A stretch of 64,000 nucleotides of DNA from Mycobacterium sp. (GTDB lineage Bacteria; Actinomycetota; Actinomycetes; Mycobacteriales; Mycobacteriaceae): assembly GCF_004298145.1 (NCBI RefSeq), contig NZ_SCRH01000030.1:68526-132525 (forward strand), given 5' to 3'. The notes under the pieces are model-generated. The model was not told the origin of the DNA and made no database searches. It saw nothing but the letters and a program-made list of their open reading frames with translations. Made by a program: the position numbers and the translations under genes. Positions 21,071 through 30,698 of this stretch are shown one piece after another; the first letter of the stretch is position 1, and each line of letters starts with the position of its first letter.

Positions 21071-21889
21071 TCAGACGAGCAGCGCTTCGCGCAGGCGCTC
21101 CGCGTCCGACTCGCTGACACCCGCGGCGCGCAGGTAGGCGTTCAGCGACCCGAATTCCTCGTCGATCACCCGGCGCGACGCGGCCAGGTATTCGGGGCGG
21201 ACGCCCAGGACCCTTTCCGAGAGCCGCGCGTCGCTCCAGGTCATGACCTCGGGGGTGAGTTCGGTGTTCGCGCGTTCCTTGACCATCTCCAAGACCGCCG
21301 TCCGGAGCTCGCCGACGGCGTCGTTGCTGCGCAGGTAGTCGGCGACGATGATGTCGCGATCGATTCCGATCGCCTCCAGCACGAGCGCGACGATGAAGCC
21401 GGTGCGGTCCTTGCCGGCGAAGCAGTGGGTGAGCACCGCGCGTCCCGCGGACAGCAGCGTGACGACCTGCCGCAGCGCTTGCCGCGACCCGTTACGGGTT
21501 GGAAATTCCCGATATTCGTTGACCATGTATCGGGCGGCAGTCACGTCGACGGATTCATCCGACTCGCCGTTGGCCCACAGGTGTCGAAAGGCGCGCTCGT
21601 GCGGGGCCTCACCGTCGGGCTGCTCCTCAGCGCCGAGGTCGGGCATCGGCAACAGGTGCACCTCGATGCCGTCGGGAACGCGTCCAGGCCCGCGCCGGGC
21701 GACCTCCTTGGCCGCGCGCAGGTCGGCGACGTCGGTGATGCCCACTTGACGCAGCGTCGTCCGGCCCTCGTCGTCCAGGCGGCTCAGCTCACCGGACCGA
21801 AACAACCGGCCCGGCCGCAAGCCGTTGGCGCCGTCGGCGACGTCGCGAAAGTTCCACCCGCCGGACAGTTCTCGCAGGGATTCAGTCAT
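21071..21889 (-). CDS. ptpB: Protein tyrosine/phosphoinositide phosphatase PtpB (MptpB)
   Basis: P-loop HCFAGKDRTG, N-terminal WNFRDVA, LFRSGEL; synteny with Rv0153c. Confidence 0.92.
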   Translation of the reverse strand: MTESLRELSGGWNFRDVADGANGLRPGRLFRSGELSRLDDEGRTTLRQVGITDVADLRAAKEVARRGPGRVPDGIEVHLLPMPDLGAEEQPDGEAPHERAFRHLWANGESDESVDVTAARYMVNEYREFPTRNGSRQALRQVVTLLSAGRAVLTHCFAGKDRTGFIVALVLEAIGIDRDIIVADYLRSNDAVGELRTAVLEMVKERANTELTPEVMTWSDARLSERVLGVRPEYLAASRRVIDEEFGSLNAYLRAAGVSESDAERLREALLV

Positions 21890-23114
21890 GTGAGGTCACC
21901 GCCGCGGCGAGCGCGGACTTTTCCTTGCCGAGCTCGGTGCGCGCGATGGTCCGCATGTGCACCTCGTCCGGGCCGTCGAAGATCCGCATGGCGCGGTGCC
22001 AGCCGTAGAGGCGGGCCAGCACCGTGTCGTCGCTGACACCGGCGGCCCCGTGCACCTGGATGGCGCGGTCGATGACGTCGCAGGCCACCCGCGGCGCGAC
22101 CGCCTTGATCTGGGAGACCAGCAGATGCGCGGCCTTGTTTCCGTGCTGGTCGATGGTCCACGCCGCCTTCTCGCACAGCAGCCGGGCCTGATCGATTTCG
22201 TTGCGGGACTTGGCAATTGATTCCCGCACCACACCCTGCTCGGCCAGCGGGCGACCGAAGGCGATCCGTTTCTGGGCCCGGTCGGACATCAGTGCCAGCG
22301 CACGCTCGGCGCCGCCGAGGGCGCGCATGCAGTGGTGGATGCGGCCCGGTCCGAGCCGGGCCTGGGCGATCGCGAAGCCGCCGCCCTCTTCGCCGAGCAG
22401 GTTGGTCGCCGGCACGCGCACGTTGTCGTAAATGACCTCGCAGTGGCCGTGCTGGTCCTGCCAGCCGAAGACCGGCGTGGAGCGCACGACCGTCACGCCC
22501 GGCGTGTCCATCGGCACCAGCACCATCGACTGCTGCTGGTGGCTGGCCGCGTCGGGGTTGGTGCGGCCCATGACGATGAGTACCTTGCAGCGCGGGTCGG
22601 CGGCACCCGAGGTCCACCACTTGCGCCCGTTGATCACGTAGTCGCCGCCGTCGCGCACGATCGAGGTCTCGATGTTGCGGGCGTCGCTGCTGGCAACGGC
22701 CGGCTCGGTCATGGAGAAGGCGCTGCGGATCTCGCCGGCGAGCAACGGCTCCAGCCACTGCTTGCGCTGTTCGTCGGTGGCGAACAGGTGCAGCGTCTCC
22801 ATGTTGCCGGTGTCGGGTGCCGCGCAGTTGAGCGCCTCGGGAGCGATCTCCAGGCTCCAGCCGGTGATCTCGGCCAGCGGCGCATATTCCAAGTTGGTCA
22901 GGCCCGACTCGGCCGGCAGGAACAGGTTCCACAGGCCCTGCTGCCTGGCCTTGACCTTCAGCTCCTCGACGACGGGCGGAACCGTATGGTCGCGCGGGCC
23001 GGCTTCGTGACGGTATTTGTCGTAGTCGGCCTCGGCTCCGAACACGTGCTCGGTCATGAAATCGGAGAGCCGCTTGTGGTAGTCGCTGGCCTTGGCCGAC
23101 ATCGCGAAGTCCAT
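21882..23114 (-). CDS. fadE2: Acyl-CoA dehydrogenase FadE2
   Basis: [36 protein letters not shown] 23114 lies 7 nt after a TATCGT -10 (possibly leaderless); overlaps the ptpB start. Confidence 0.9.
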   Translation of the reverse strand: MDFAMSAKASDYHKRLSDFMTEHVFGAEADYDKYRHEAGPRDHTVPPVVEELKVKARQQGLWNLFLPAESGLTNLEYAPLAEITGWSLEIAPEALNCAAPDTGNMETLHLFATDEQRKQWLEPLLAGEIRSAFSMTEPAVASSDARNIETSIVRDGGDYVINGRKWWTSGAADPRCKVLIVMGRTNPDAASHQQQSMVLVPMDTPGVTVVRSTPVFGWQDQHGHCEVIYDNVRVPATNLLGEEGGGFAIAQARLGPGRIHHCMRALGGAERALALMSDRAQKRIAFGRPLAEQGVVRESIAKSRNEIDQARLLCEKAAWTIDQHGNKAAHLLVSQIKAVAPRVACDVIDRAIQVHGAAGVSDDTVLARLYGWHRAMRIFDGPDEVHMRTIARTELGKEKSALAAAVTSHD

Positions 23115-23222
23115 GCCCGTCACGATAGGACACGTGCTATTGGACGTCGCGAGCAGACGCTAAATCGCATGCTGCAGTGCGGATTGGTGCGATTCCGTGT
23201 CTGCTCGCGCAGGATAAGGGGC

Positions 23223-23684
23223 GTGACCGAATCCCGCCCCCCGTTCCCGCCGTTCACGCGGCAAACCGCGATCCACAAGGTGCAGGCGGCAGAGGATGCC
23301 TGGAACACCCGGGATCCCCGGCGCGTCAGCCTGGCGTACACGGTCGACTCGCAGTGGCGAAACCGCAGCGAACACGTCGTGGGCCGCGACGAGATCGTGG
23401 CGTTTTTGACCCGCAAGTGGCAGCGCGAGCTCGATTACGCGCTGCGCAAGGCTCTTTGGGACTTCCACGACAACCGCATCGCCGTGCGGTTCCAATACGA
23501 GTGCCACGATCAATCCGGACAGTGGTATCGCAGCTACGGCAACGAGCTGTGGGAGTTCACCGAGTCCGGACTGATGGCGCGCCGCGAAGCCAGCATCAAC
23601 GACGTGCCGATCGACGAGTCGCAGCGACGCTATTTCGGGCCCCGTCCGTCGTCCGAACACGGCCACGACATCCCGCTCTGGTAG
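23223..23684 (+). CDS. DUF1348 / NTF2-like protein
   Basis: PPFPPFT...[40 protein letters not shown]. Confidence 0.88.
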   Translation: MTESRPPFPPFTRQTAIHKVQAAEDAWNTRDPRRVSLAYTVDSQWRNRSEHVVGRDEIVAFLTRKWQRELDYALRKALWDFHDNRIAVRFQYECHDQSGQWYRSYGNELWEFTESGLMARREASINDVPIDESQRRYFGPRPSSEHGHDIPLW

Positions 23685-23929
23685 CTCCTTTGATGGGCGG
23701 GCGCAACAATGCGCTCTTGTGACGTCACAACGCGGCGGCCGCTACTGCATCGCGTTGCGGCGGCGAAGCATCGACCGGGAGTCGATCGCCGACGGCCGGG
23801 GCATCCCGCCGTGGGCGATCACCCGTCCATGGTGAAACCTGGTTATGGTAGCGAAGCGCGCGGCCGAGCCGGCGCCACGCCCATCAGCAGGGACAGTACG
23901 GAAAAGTACGGAAAGTAGATGCACGCGCC

Positions 23930-25075
23930 ATGACAAATGCGCAGACCAACGCGGTCAAGGTAGGGGTGGTCTCCGAGTCCGGTGCCGACGAGCGGCGGGT
24001 TGCGCTGGTGCCGAAGGCGGTGGCGTCGCTGGTGGGCACCGGCGTGGCGGTCGTGGTCGAGTCGGGAGCCGGTGAGCGGGCCCTGCTGCCCGACGCGCTC
24101 TACACCGAGGCCGGGGCGAGCGTCGGTGACGCGTGGGCCGCCGATGTCGTGGTCAAGGTCGCGCCGCCGACCCAGGCCGAGGTCGCCAAGTTGCGCAGCG
24201 GTCAGACGCTGATCGGATTTTTGGCGCCGCGCAACGCCGACAACTCGATCGGCGCGCTGAAACAGGCGGGTGTGCAGGCGTTCGCGCTGGAGGCGATCCC
24301 GCGGATCTCGCGGGCCCAGGCGATGGATGCGTTGTCGTCGCAGGGCAACGTGGCCGGGTACAAGGCCGTGTTGCTGGCGGCCTCGGAATCGACCCGGTTC
24401 TTCCCCATGCTGACGACCGCGGCCGGAACGGTGAAGCCGGCCACGGTGCTGGTGCTCGGAGTCGGGGTGGCCGGGCTGCAGGCGCTGGCGACGGCCAAAC
24501 GGCTGGGTGCGCGCACCACCGGTTACGACGTGCGGCCCGAAGTCGCCGACCAGGTGCGCTCGGTGGGCGCGCAGTGGCTCGACCTGGGCATCACAGCGGC
24601 CGGCGAGGGCGGATACGCCCGTGAGCTGACCGACGAGGAACGCGCGCAGCAGCAGCAGGCGTTGGAGAAGGCGATCAGCGGTTTCGACGTCGTCATCACC
24701 ACGGCGCTGGTTCCGGGCCGGCCGGCGCCGCGTCTGGTGACCGCCGCGGCCGTGGAGGCGATGAAGTCCGGCAGCGTGGTGGTGGACCTGGCCGGTGAGA
24801 CTGGCGGCAACTGCGAGCTCACCGAACCCGGGAAGACGGTCGTCAAGCACGACGTCACGATCGCCTCGCCGTTGAACCTGCCGGCGACCATGCCCGAGCA
24901 CGCCAGCGAGCTCTACAGCAAGAACATCACCGCGCTACTGGACTTGTTGGTCACCGACGGAAAACTGGCCCCGGACTTCGATGACGAAGTCATCGCGGAG
25001 TCCTGCGTGACGCGGGCCGGCGCCGGCGACGATGCAGAGCGCAGCGATGCCGCGACGCGGCGCCCGACAGGCTGA
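23930..25075 (+). CDS. pntAa: NAD(P) transhydrogenase subunit alpha, part 1
   Basis: ERRVAL.P, RISRAQ.MDALSSQ, GVGVAGL, DVVITTALVPGRPAP, GGNCE. Confidence 0.96.
   Translation: MTNAQTNAVKVGVVSESGADERRVALVPKAVASLVGTGVAVVVESGAGERALLPDALYTEAGASVGDAWAADVVVKVAPPTQAEVAKLRSGQTLIGFLAPRNADNSIGALKQAGVQAFALEAIPRISRAQAMDALSSQGNVAGYKAVLLAASESTRFFPMLTTAAGTVKPATVLVLGVGVAGLQALATAKRLGARTTGYDVRPEVADQVRSVGAQWLDLGITAAGEGGYARELTDEERAQQQQALEKAISGFDVVITTALVPGRPAPRLVTAAAVEAMKSGSVVVDLAGETGGNCELTEPGKTVVKHDVTIASPLNLPATMPEHASELYSKNITALLDLLVTDGKLAPDFDDEVIAESCVTRAGAGDDAERSDAATRRPTG
25020..25063 (+). repeat. Degenerate MIRU-like element inside the pntAa 3' end
   Basis: GCGCCGGCGACGATGCAGAGCGCAGCGATG...GCGGCGC closely matches the recalled MIRU core GCGCCGACGACGATGCAGAGCGCAGCGATGAGGAGGAGCGGCGC. 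Confidence 0.7.
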
Positions 25076-25084
25076 GAGGACTAC

Positions 25085-25414
25085 ATGTACGACGAGCTAT
25101 TGGCCAACCTGGCGATCCTGGTGCTCTCCGGATTCGTCGGGTTCGCGGTCATTTCCAAGGTGCCCAACACCCTGCACACGCCGCTGATGTCGGGCACCAA
25201 CGCCATTCACGGCATCGTGGTGCTGGGCGCACTGGTGGTGTTCGGCTCCGTCGAGCATCCCTCGTTGGCGCTGCAGATCATCCTGTTCGTCGCGGTGGTG
25301 TTCGGCACCCTGAACGTCATCGGCGGGTTCATCGTCACCGACCGGATGCTGGGCATGTTCAAGGGCAAGAAGAAACCGGTCACTGCCAACAGCGAGGAGC
25401 CGGCGGCCAAATGA
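25085..25414 (+). CDS. pntAb: NAD(P) transhydrogenase subunit alpha, part 2
   Basis: VPNTLHTPLMSGTNAIHG, NVIGGFIVTDRML. Confidence 0.96.
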   Translation: MYDELLANLAILVLSGFVGFAVISKVPNTLHTPLMSGTNAIHGIVVLGALVVFGSVEHPSLALQIILFVAVVFGTLNVIGGFIVTDRMLGMFKGKKKPVTANSEEPAAK

Positions 25415-26835
25415 ACTACTTGGTGATCGGCCTCTACATCATTTCTTTCGGCCTCTTCATCTACGGCTTGATGGGCCTGACCGGGCCCAAAACGGCGGTG
25501 CGGGGCAACCTGATCGCGGCGGTGGGTATGGCGCTGGCGGTGGTTGCGACGCTGATCAAGATCCGCCACACCGACCAATGGGTGCTGATCATCGCCGGTC
25601 TGGTGGTGGGGGTGGTGCTCGGTGTCCCGCCGGCGCGCTACACCAAGATGACGGCGATGCCGCAGCTGGTGGCGTTCTTCAACGGCGTCGGCGGTGGCAC
25701 GGTCGCGCTGATCGCGCTGTCGGAATTCATTGAGACGAAGGGCTTTTCGGCGTTCCAGCACGGCGAGTCACCGACCGTGCACATCGTGGTGGCGTCGCTG
25801 TTCGCCGCGATCATCGGGTCGATCTCGTTCTGGGGGTCGATCATCGCGTTCGGCAAGCTGCAGGAGATCATCTCCGGCCGGCCGATCGGCTTCGGCAGGG
25901 CCCAGCAGCCGGTCAACCTGCTGCTGCTGGGGGCCGCGGTGGCCGCGGCGGTGGTGATCGGCGTGCACGCCCATCCCGGCACCGGCGGAACGTCGCTGTG
26001 GTGGATGATCGGGCTGCTCGCCGCGGCGGGCGTGCTGGGCCTGATGGTGGTGCTGCCCATCGGCGGCGCGGACATGCCGGTCGTCATCTCGCTGCTCAAC
26101 GCGATGACCGGGTTGTCGGCCGCGGCCGCCGGTTTGGCGCTGAACAACACCGCGATGATCGTGGCGGGCATGATCGTCGGCGCGTCCGGCTCGATCCTGA
26201 CCAACCTGATGGCCAAGGCGATGAACCGCTCGATCCCGGCGATCGTGGCCGGCGGCTTCGGCGGCGGAGGGGTCGCCCCCAGCGGCGGCGGCGGTGGCGA
26301 CAAGCACGTCAAGGCCACCTCGGCGGCCGACGCGGCGATCCAGATGGCCTACGCCAACCAGGTGATCGTGGTGCCCGGCTACGGCCTGGCCGTCGCGCAG
26401 GCGCAGCACGCCGTCAAGGACATGGCCGCGCTGCTCGAGGACAAGGGCGTGACGGTGAAGTACGCGATCCACCCGGTCGCCGGCCGCATGCCCGGGCACA
26501 TGAACGTGTTGCTGGCCGAGGCCGAGGTCGACTACGACGCCATGAAGGACATGGACGACATCAACGACGAGTTCGCGCGCACCGACGTCGCGATCGTCAT
26601 CGGCGCCAACGACGTCACCAACCCGGCGGCCCGCAACGACGCGTCCAGCCCGATTTACGGCATGCCGATCCTCAACGTGGACAAGGCGCGCTCGGTGATC
26701 GTGCTGAAGCGGTCGATGAACTCCGGGTTCGCGGGCATCGACAACCCGCTGTTCTACGGCGAGGGCACCAGCATGCTGTTCGGCGACGCGAAGAAATCGG
26801 TGACCGAGGTCGCCGAGGAACTCAAAGCGCTATAG
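25411..26835 (+). CDS. pntB: NAD(P) transhydrogenase subunit beta
   Basis: MPQLVAFFNG.GG, IGGADMPVVIS.LN, HPVAGRMPGHMNVLLAEA, IGAND..NP, LFGDAK. Confidence 0.97.
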   Translation: MNYLVIGLYIISFGLFIYGLMGLTGPKTAVRGNLIAAVGMALAVVATLIKIRHTDQWVLIIAGLVVGVVLGVPPARYTKMTAMPQLVAFFNGVGGGTVALIALSEFIETKGFSAFQHGESPTVHIVVASLFAAIIGSISFWGSIIAFGKLQEIISGRPIGFGRAQQPVNLLLLGAAVAAAVVIGVHAHPGTGGTSLWWMIGLLAAAGVLGLMVVLPIGGADMPVVISLLNAMTGLSAAAAGLALNNTAMIVAGMIVGASGSILTNLMAKAMNRSIPAIVAGGFGGGGVAPSGGGGGDKHVKATSAADAAIQMAYANQVIVVPGYGLAVAQAQHAVKDMAALLEDKGVTVKYAIHPVAGRMPGHMNVLLAEAEVDYDAMKDMDDINDEFARTDVAIVIGANDVTNPAARNDASSPIYGMPILNVDKARSVIVLKRSMNSGFAGIDNPLFYGEGTSMLFGDAKKSVTEVAEELKAL

Positions 26836-26869
26836 CTCGGTAGGCCGGCGGCGCCTGCGCGCCGGGTGC

Positions 26870-26995
26870 CTAAACGGGGGGGTAGGCCGGCGGCGGGTAT
26901 CCGTTGCCGTCGGTGACGCCGCGCAAACCCCAGGTGAAGTACCGCATGAAGAACTCGATCTCGTCGCTTGCGTCGTAGCTCGGACTCGGATCCAT
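26870..26995 (-). CDS. 41-aa small protein (Rv0157A-like), absent from the ORF track
   Basis: Translated by hand: MDPSPSYDASDEIEFFMRYFTWGLRGVTDGNGYPPPAYPPV*. GAGAGG-type RBS upstream; same position as the recalled Rv0157A. Confidence 0.8.
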   Translation of the reverse strand: MDPSPSYDASDEIEFFMRYFTWGLRGVTDGNGYPPPAYPPV

Positions 26996-27152
26996 CGGCC
27001 CCACCTCTCGAATCTCGTTCGATCAGCAGTCTAGTCGCACGGCCGTCGACGTGACACCCGGCGTTTTTGCATAAACTGTCCAACCAGTTGATTGATAGTT
27101 ATTCTTGGCCGAACCGGGCCTGGCCTGCCCATACCGACGATAGTGAGAACAG

Positions 27153-27788
27153 ATGCCCACCGACAGCGTCACACCCAATGGGCAAACGCGGCGCGAAGAG
27201 TTGCTGGCCGTTGCCACCAAGCTCTTCGCGGCGCGCGGCTATCACGGCACGCGGATGGACGATGTGGCCGACGTGATCGGCCTCAACAAGGCGACGGTCT
27301 ATCACTACTACGCCAGCAAGGCGCTGATTCTGTACGACATCTACCGCCAGGCCGCCGAGGGCACGCTGGCCGCCGTCCACGACGACCCGTCCTGGACGGC
27401 GCGCGAGGCGCTCTACCAGTACACGGTCCGGCTGCTCACCGGCATCGCCAGCGATCCCGAGCGGGCCGCCGTGTACTTCCAGGAGGCGCCCTACATCACC
27501 GAGTGGTTCACCAGCGAGCAGGTCGCCGAGGTCCGCGAGAAGGAAGTCCAGGTTTACCACCACGTGCACGGCCTCATCGACCGCGGGATCGCCAGCGGCG
27601 AGTTCTACCCGTGCGACTCGCATGTGCTGGCGCTGGGCTACATCGGCATGACGCTGGGCAGCTACCGCTGGCTGCGGCCCAGCGGACGACGCTCGGCCAA
27701 GGAGATCGCGGCCGAGTTCAGCACCGCGCTGCTGCGCGGACTGATCCGCGACGAGGCGATCCGCACGACGTCGCCGCTGGGACCCTAG
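27153..27788 (+). CDS. TetR family regulator (Rv0158-like)
   Basis: RREELLAVATKLFAARGYHGTRMDDVADVIGLNKATVYHYYASK; follows pnt as in H37Rv. Confidence 0.92.
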   Translation: MPTDSVTPNGQTRREELLAVATKLFAARGYHGTRMDDVADVIGLNKATVYHYYASKALILYDIYRQAAEGTLAAVHDDPSWTAREALYQYTVRLLTGIASDPERAAVYFQEAPYITEWFTSEQVAEVREKEVQVYHHVHGLIDRGIASGEFYPCDSHVLALGYIGMTLGSYRWLRPSGRRSAKEIAAEFSTALLRGLIRDEAIRTTSPLGP

Positions 27789-28684
27789 GCGCGCGCACCC
27801 TTGAGGTGCTTGTCGAGGAATGCGAGCTGGTCGGTGACCGCACGCTCGAATGCGTCGTCGACGTAGATCGCGAAATGGCCCTCGGGGTACAGCTTGACCT
27901 CACCGCGGGGCGCTTTTGCCGCGTAGTGCAGCGTCGCCGCCGCGGGAGCCACCGAGTCGGCTTCGCACACGCAGAACAGGATCGGGCAGGTGATCCTCGG
28001 CGTCAGGCGTCCCGGGCGATAGGTGAAGACGTGCAACGCGATTCGGGCGGCGACCTCATTGCGCAGTTCGACGCCATCGGGCACCAGCCGCAGGTAGCCC
28101 GAATACGCGTCGGGTGTGTTCATCAACGCGACCTCGCCGGGCCGGCCCGCCGTTGCGACCATCACCGGTGGCTTGCCCAGCCGACTTGCGAGCACGTCGC
28201 GCACCGCCCGCGCGGCGATGCGCGCGGTGATCAACGGGTTGGTGACGGTGCGCGCCGACGCGATGCCGTCGGTGAAGGGGCACTGGGCGACGGCCGCGGC
28301 GATACCCGGTAACCGCGCCGCGGTGGCGATCACGTGACCGCCACCAAAAGAGGTGCCCCACAACCCGATCCGGTCGGGGTCGATCCCCGGGAGGGTGCGG
28401 GCGTAGGAGACGGCGGCAGCCCAGTCGGCAAGCTGCATGCCGATGTCGAGGACCTGACGCGGCCGGCCCGCGCTGTCGCCGAAATTGCGGTAGTCGAACA
28501 CCAGGCAGGCATAGCCGGCGGCACTGAAGCGTTCGGCGTAGGCGTCCAGCCGCATGCTGCGCACCGCGCCCAGGCCGTGCGCCATCACCAGCAGCGGCGA
28601 GGGCCCGCCGCCCGGCGGGCGGTAGAGCCAGGCGCTGATCAGGTCGTCGCCGGACGGGAACCGAAGGTCTTCGCGTTGTGTCAT
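27785..28684 (-). CDS. Alpha/beta hydrolase (serine nucleophile)
   Basis: MAHGLG, FDYRNFGDS, GLWGTSFGG, DSV, GHF. Confidence 0.88.
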   Translation of the reverse strand: MTQREDLRFPSGDDLISAWLYRPPGGGPSPLLVMAHGLGAVRSMRLDAYAERFSAAGYACLVFDYRNFGDSAGRPRQVLDIGMQLADWAAAVSYARTLPGIDPDRIGLWGTSFGGGHVIATAARLPGIAAAVAQCPFTDGIASARTVTNPLITARIAARAVRDVLASRLGKPPVMVATAGRPGEVALMNTPDAYSGYLRLVPDGVELRNEVAARIALHVFTYRPGRLTPRITCPILFCVCEADSVAPAAATLHYAAKAPRGEVKLYPEGHFAIYVDDAFERAVTDQLAFLDKHLKGARA

Positions 28685-28795
28685 CAGCGGTTGATTCTGC
28701 CCCCGCGGATCACCACGAGTCCGGCAGGTATGCGCGCCCAAATTAATGGACTAGTGTCTAGAAAAGTTTTGAGCGCTCAACGGACGGAGATTCTC

Positions 28796-29908
28796 ATGGC
28801 GATCCGCGTCGCGCACGTCGGTACCGGAAATGTCGGTGGGCTTGCCCTCGCCGAACTCATCACCAACCCGCAGTTCGAGCTGACCGGGGTGTGTGTCTCA
28901 ACCCCGGAAAAGGTGGGTAAGGACGCCGGGGAACTGTGCGGCGTCGGCCTGGACGCCGCAGTGAACGACGGAAGAGCCACCGGCGTCACGGCCGTCGACG
29001 ACCTGGACGCCATCATCGCCGCCAAGCCCGAGTGCGTCGTCTACTGCGCGATGGGCGACACCCGGCTGCCCGACGCGATGGCCGACGTCATGCGCATCCT
29101 GGCCGCCGGCATCAACGTCGTCGGCTCGTCGCCGGGGCTGCTGCAGTACCCGTGGGGCGTGATGCCCGACAAATACATCGCCCGCGTGGAAGAAGCTGCC
29201 AAGCAAGGTAATTCGAGCATCTTCATCAGCGGTGTCGACCCGGGGTTCGCGAACGACCTGATTCCGTTCGCGCTCGCCGGGACGTGTCAGCGCATCGAGC
29301 AGGTGCGCTGCATGGAGATTCACGATTACGCGTCGTACAACGGGACCGAGGTCATGGACTACATGGGATTCGCCAAGCCCATGGACGAGATCCCGATGCT
29401 GCTGCAGCCGGGCATCCTCGGCATCGCCTGGGGAACCGCCATCCGTCAGCTGGCGGCCGGCCTGGGCATCGAGGTCGACGAGATCACCGAGTCCTACCAG
29501 CGCGAGCCGGCGCCGGAGGACTTCGATATCGCGGTCGGCCGCGTCGCCAAGGGGACCGTGGCCGTGCTGCAGTTCGAGATTCGCGGCATGGTCAAGGGCC
29601 ACCCCGCCATCGTCATCGAGCATGTCACCCGGTTGCGGCCCGACCTGCGGCCCGACCTGCCCCAGCCCGCCGGGGGCGACGGTTCGTACCGCGTCGAGAT
29701 CACCGGCGAGCCGTCGTACGCGGTCGACATCATCCCGAGCAGCCGCAAGGGCGACCACAACCACGCCGCGATCGCGGGCGCCGCGGGTCGCGTCGTCAAC
29801 GCCATCCCGGCGGTGATCGCGGCGCCGCCCGGCATCCGGACCACGCTCGATCTCCCGCTGGTCACCGGCAAAGGCCTTTACGCACCAAGCACTTTGGTGA
29901 CCACTTAA
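28796..29908 (+). CDS. DapB-like / 2,4-diaminopentanoate dehydrogenase-like NAD(P)-dependent oxidoreductase
   Basis: HVGTGNVG Rossmann motif, KVGKDAGEL, AAGINVV, SGVDPGF, I.GEP, VNAIPAV..A.PGI.T.LDLP. Confidence 0.75.
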   Translation: MAIRVAHVGTGNVGGLALAELITNPQFELTGVCVSTPEKVGKDAGELCGVGLDAAVNDGRATGVTAVDDLDAIIAAKPECVVYCAMGDTRLPDAMADVMRILAAGINVVGSSPGLLQYPWGVMPDKYIARVEEAAKQGNSSIFISGVDPGFANDLIPFALAGTCQRIEQVRCMEIHDYASYNGTEVMDYMGFAKPMDEIPMLLQPGILGIAWGTAIRQLAAGLGIEVDEITESYQREPAPEDFDIAVGRVAKGTVAVLQFEIRGMVKGHPAIVIEHVTRLRPDLRPDLPQPAGGDGSYRVEITGEPSYAVDIIPSSRKGDHNHAAIAGAAGRVVNAIPAVIAAPPGIRTTLDLPLVTGKGLYAPSTLVTT

Positions 29909-29926
29909 ATCGAAAGGAGCCCCTAC

Positions 29927-30676
29927 GTGGGACGGGTAGACGGCAAGGTTGCACTCATCAGTGGCGGCGCTCGGGGGATGGGCGCCGAGCATGCGCGGCT
30001 GCTGGCGGCCGAGGGTGCCAAGGTGGTGATCGGCGACATCCTCGACGACGAGGGAGAAGCCGTGGCCGCTGAAATCAATGCGATCGGTGACGCGGTGCGC
30101 TACGTCCACCTCGACGTCACCCAACCCGACCAGTGGGACGCCGCCGTCGAGACGGCGGTCGGCGAATTCGGCAAGCTCAACGTGTTGGTCAACAACGCGG
30201 GAACCGTCGCGCTGGGCCCGCTGAAGAGCTTCGATCTGGCCAAGTGGCAGAAGGTGATTGACGTCAACCTGACCGGGACGTTCCTGGGCATGCGGGTGGC
30301 CGTCGAGCCGATGATCGCGGCCGGGGGCGGCTCGATCATCAACGTGTCCTCCATCGAGGGCCTGCGCGGCGCGCCGATGGTGCACCCGTACGTCGCCTCC
30401 AAGTGGGGGGTGCGCGGGCTGGCCAAGTCCGCGGCGTTGGAGCTGGCGCCGCACAACATCCGGGTCAACTCCGTGCACCCCGGCTTCATCCGCACCCCGA
30501 TGACCCAGCACCTGCCCGAGGACATGGTGACCATTCCGCTCGGCCGCCCGGCCGAGTCGCGGGAGGTGTCGACCTTCATCCTGTTCCTGGCCAGCGACGA
30601 ATCGTCGTATGCCACCGGCAGCGAGTTCGTCATGGACGGCGGCCTGGTCACCGACGTGCCGCACAAACAGTTCTAG
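29927..30676 (+). CDS. SDR, 3-alpha,20-beta-hydroxysteroid dehydrogenase-like
   Basis: SGGARGMG, LDVT, NNAG, SS, YVASK, NSVHPG; AAAGGAG RBS. Confidence 0.88.
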   Translation: MGRVDGKVALISGGARGMGAEHARLLAAEGAKVVIGDILDDEGEAVAAEINAIGDAVRYVHLDVTQPDQWDAAVETAVGEFGKLNVLVNNAGTVALGPLKSFDLAKWQKVIDVNLTGTFLGMRVAVEPMIAAGGGSIINVSSIEGLRGAPMVHPYVASKWGVRGLAKSAALELAPHNIRVNSVHPGFIRTPMTQHLPEDMVTIPLGRPAESREVSTFILFLASDESSYATGSEFVMDGGLVTDVPHKQF

Positions 30677-30698
30677 AGCCGGTGCTATAACCGCGAAT

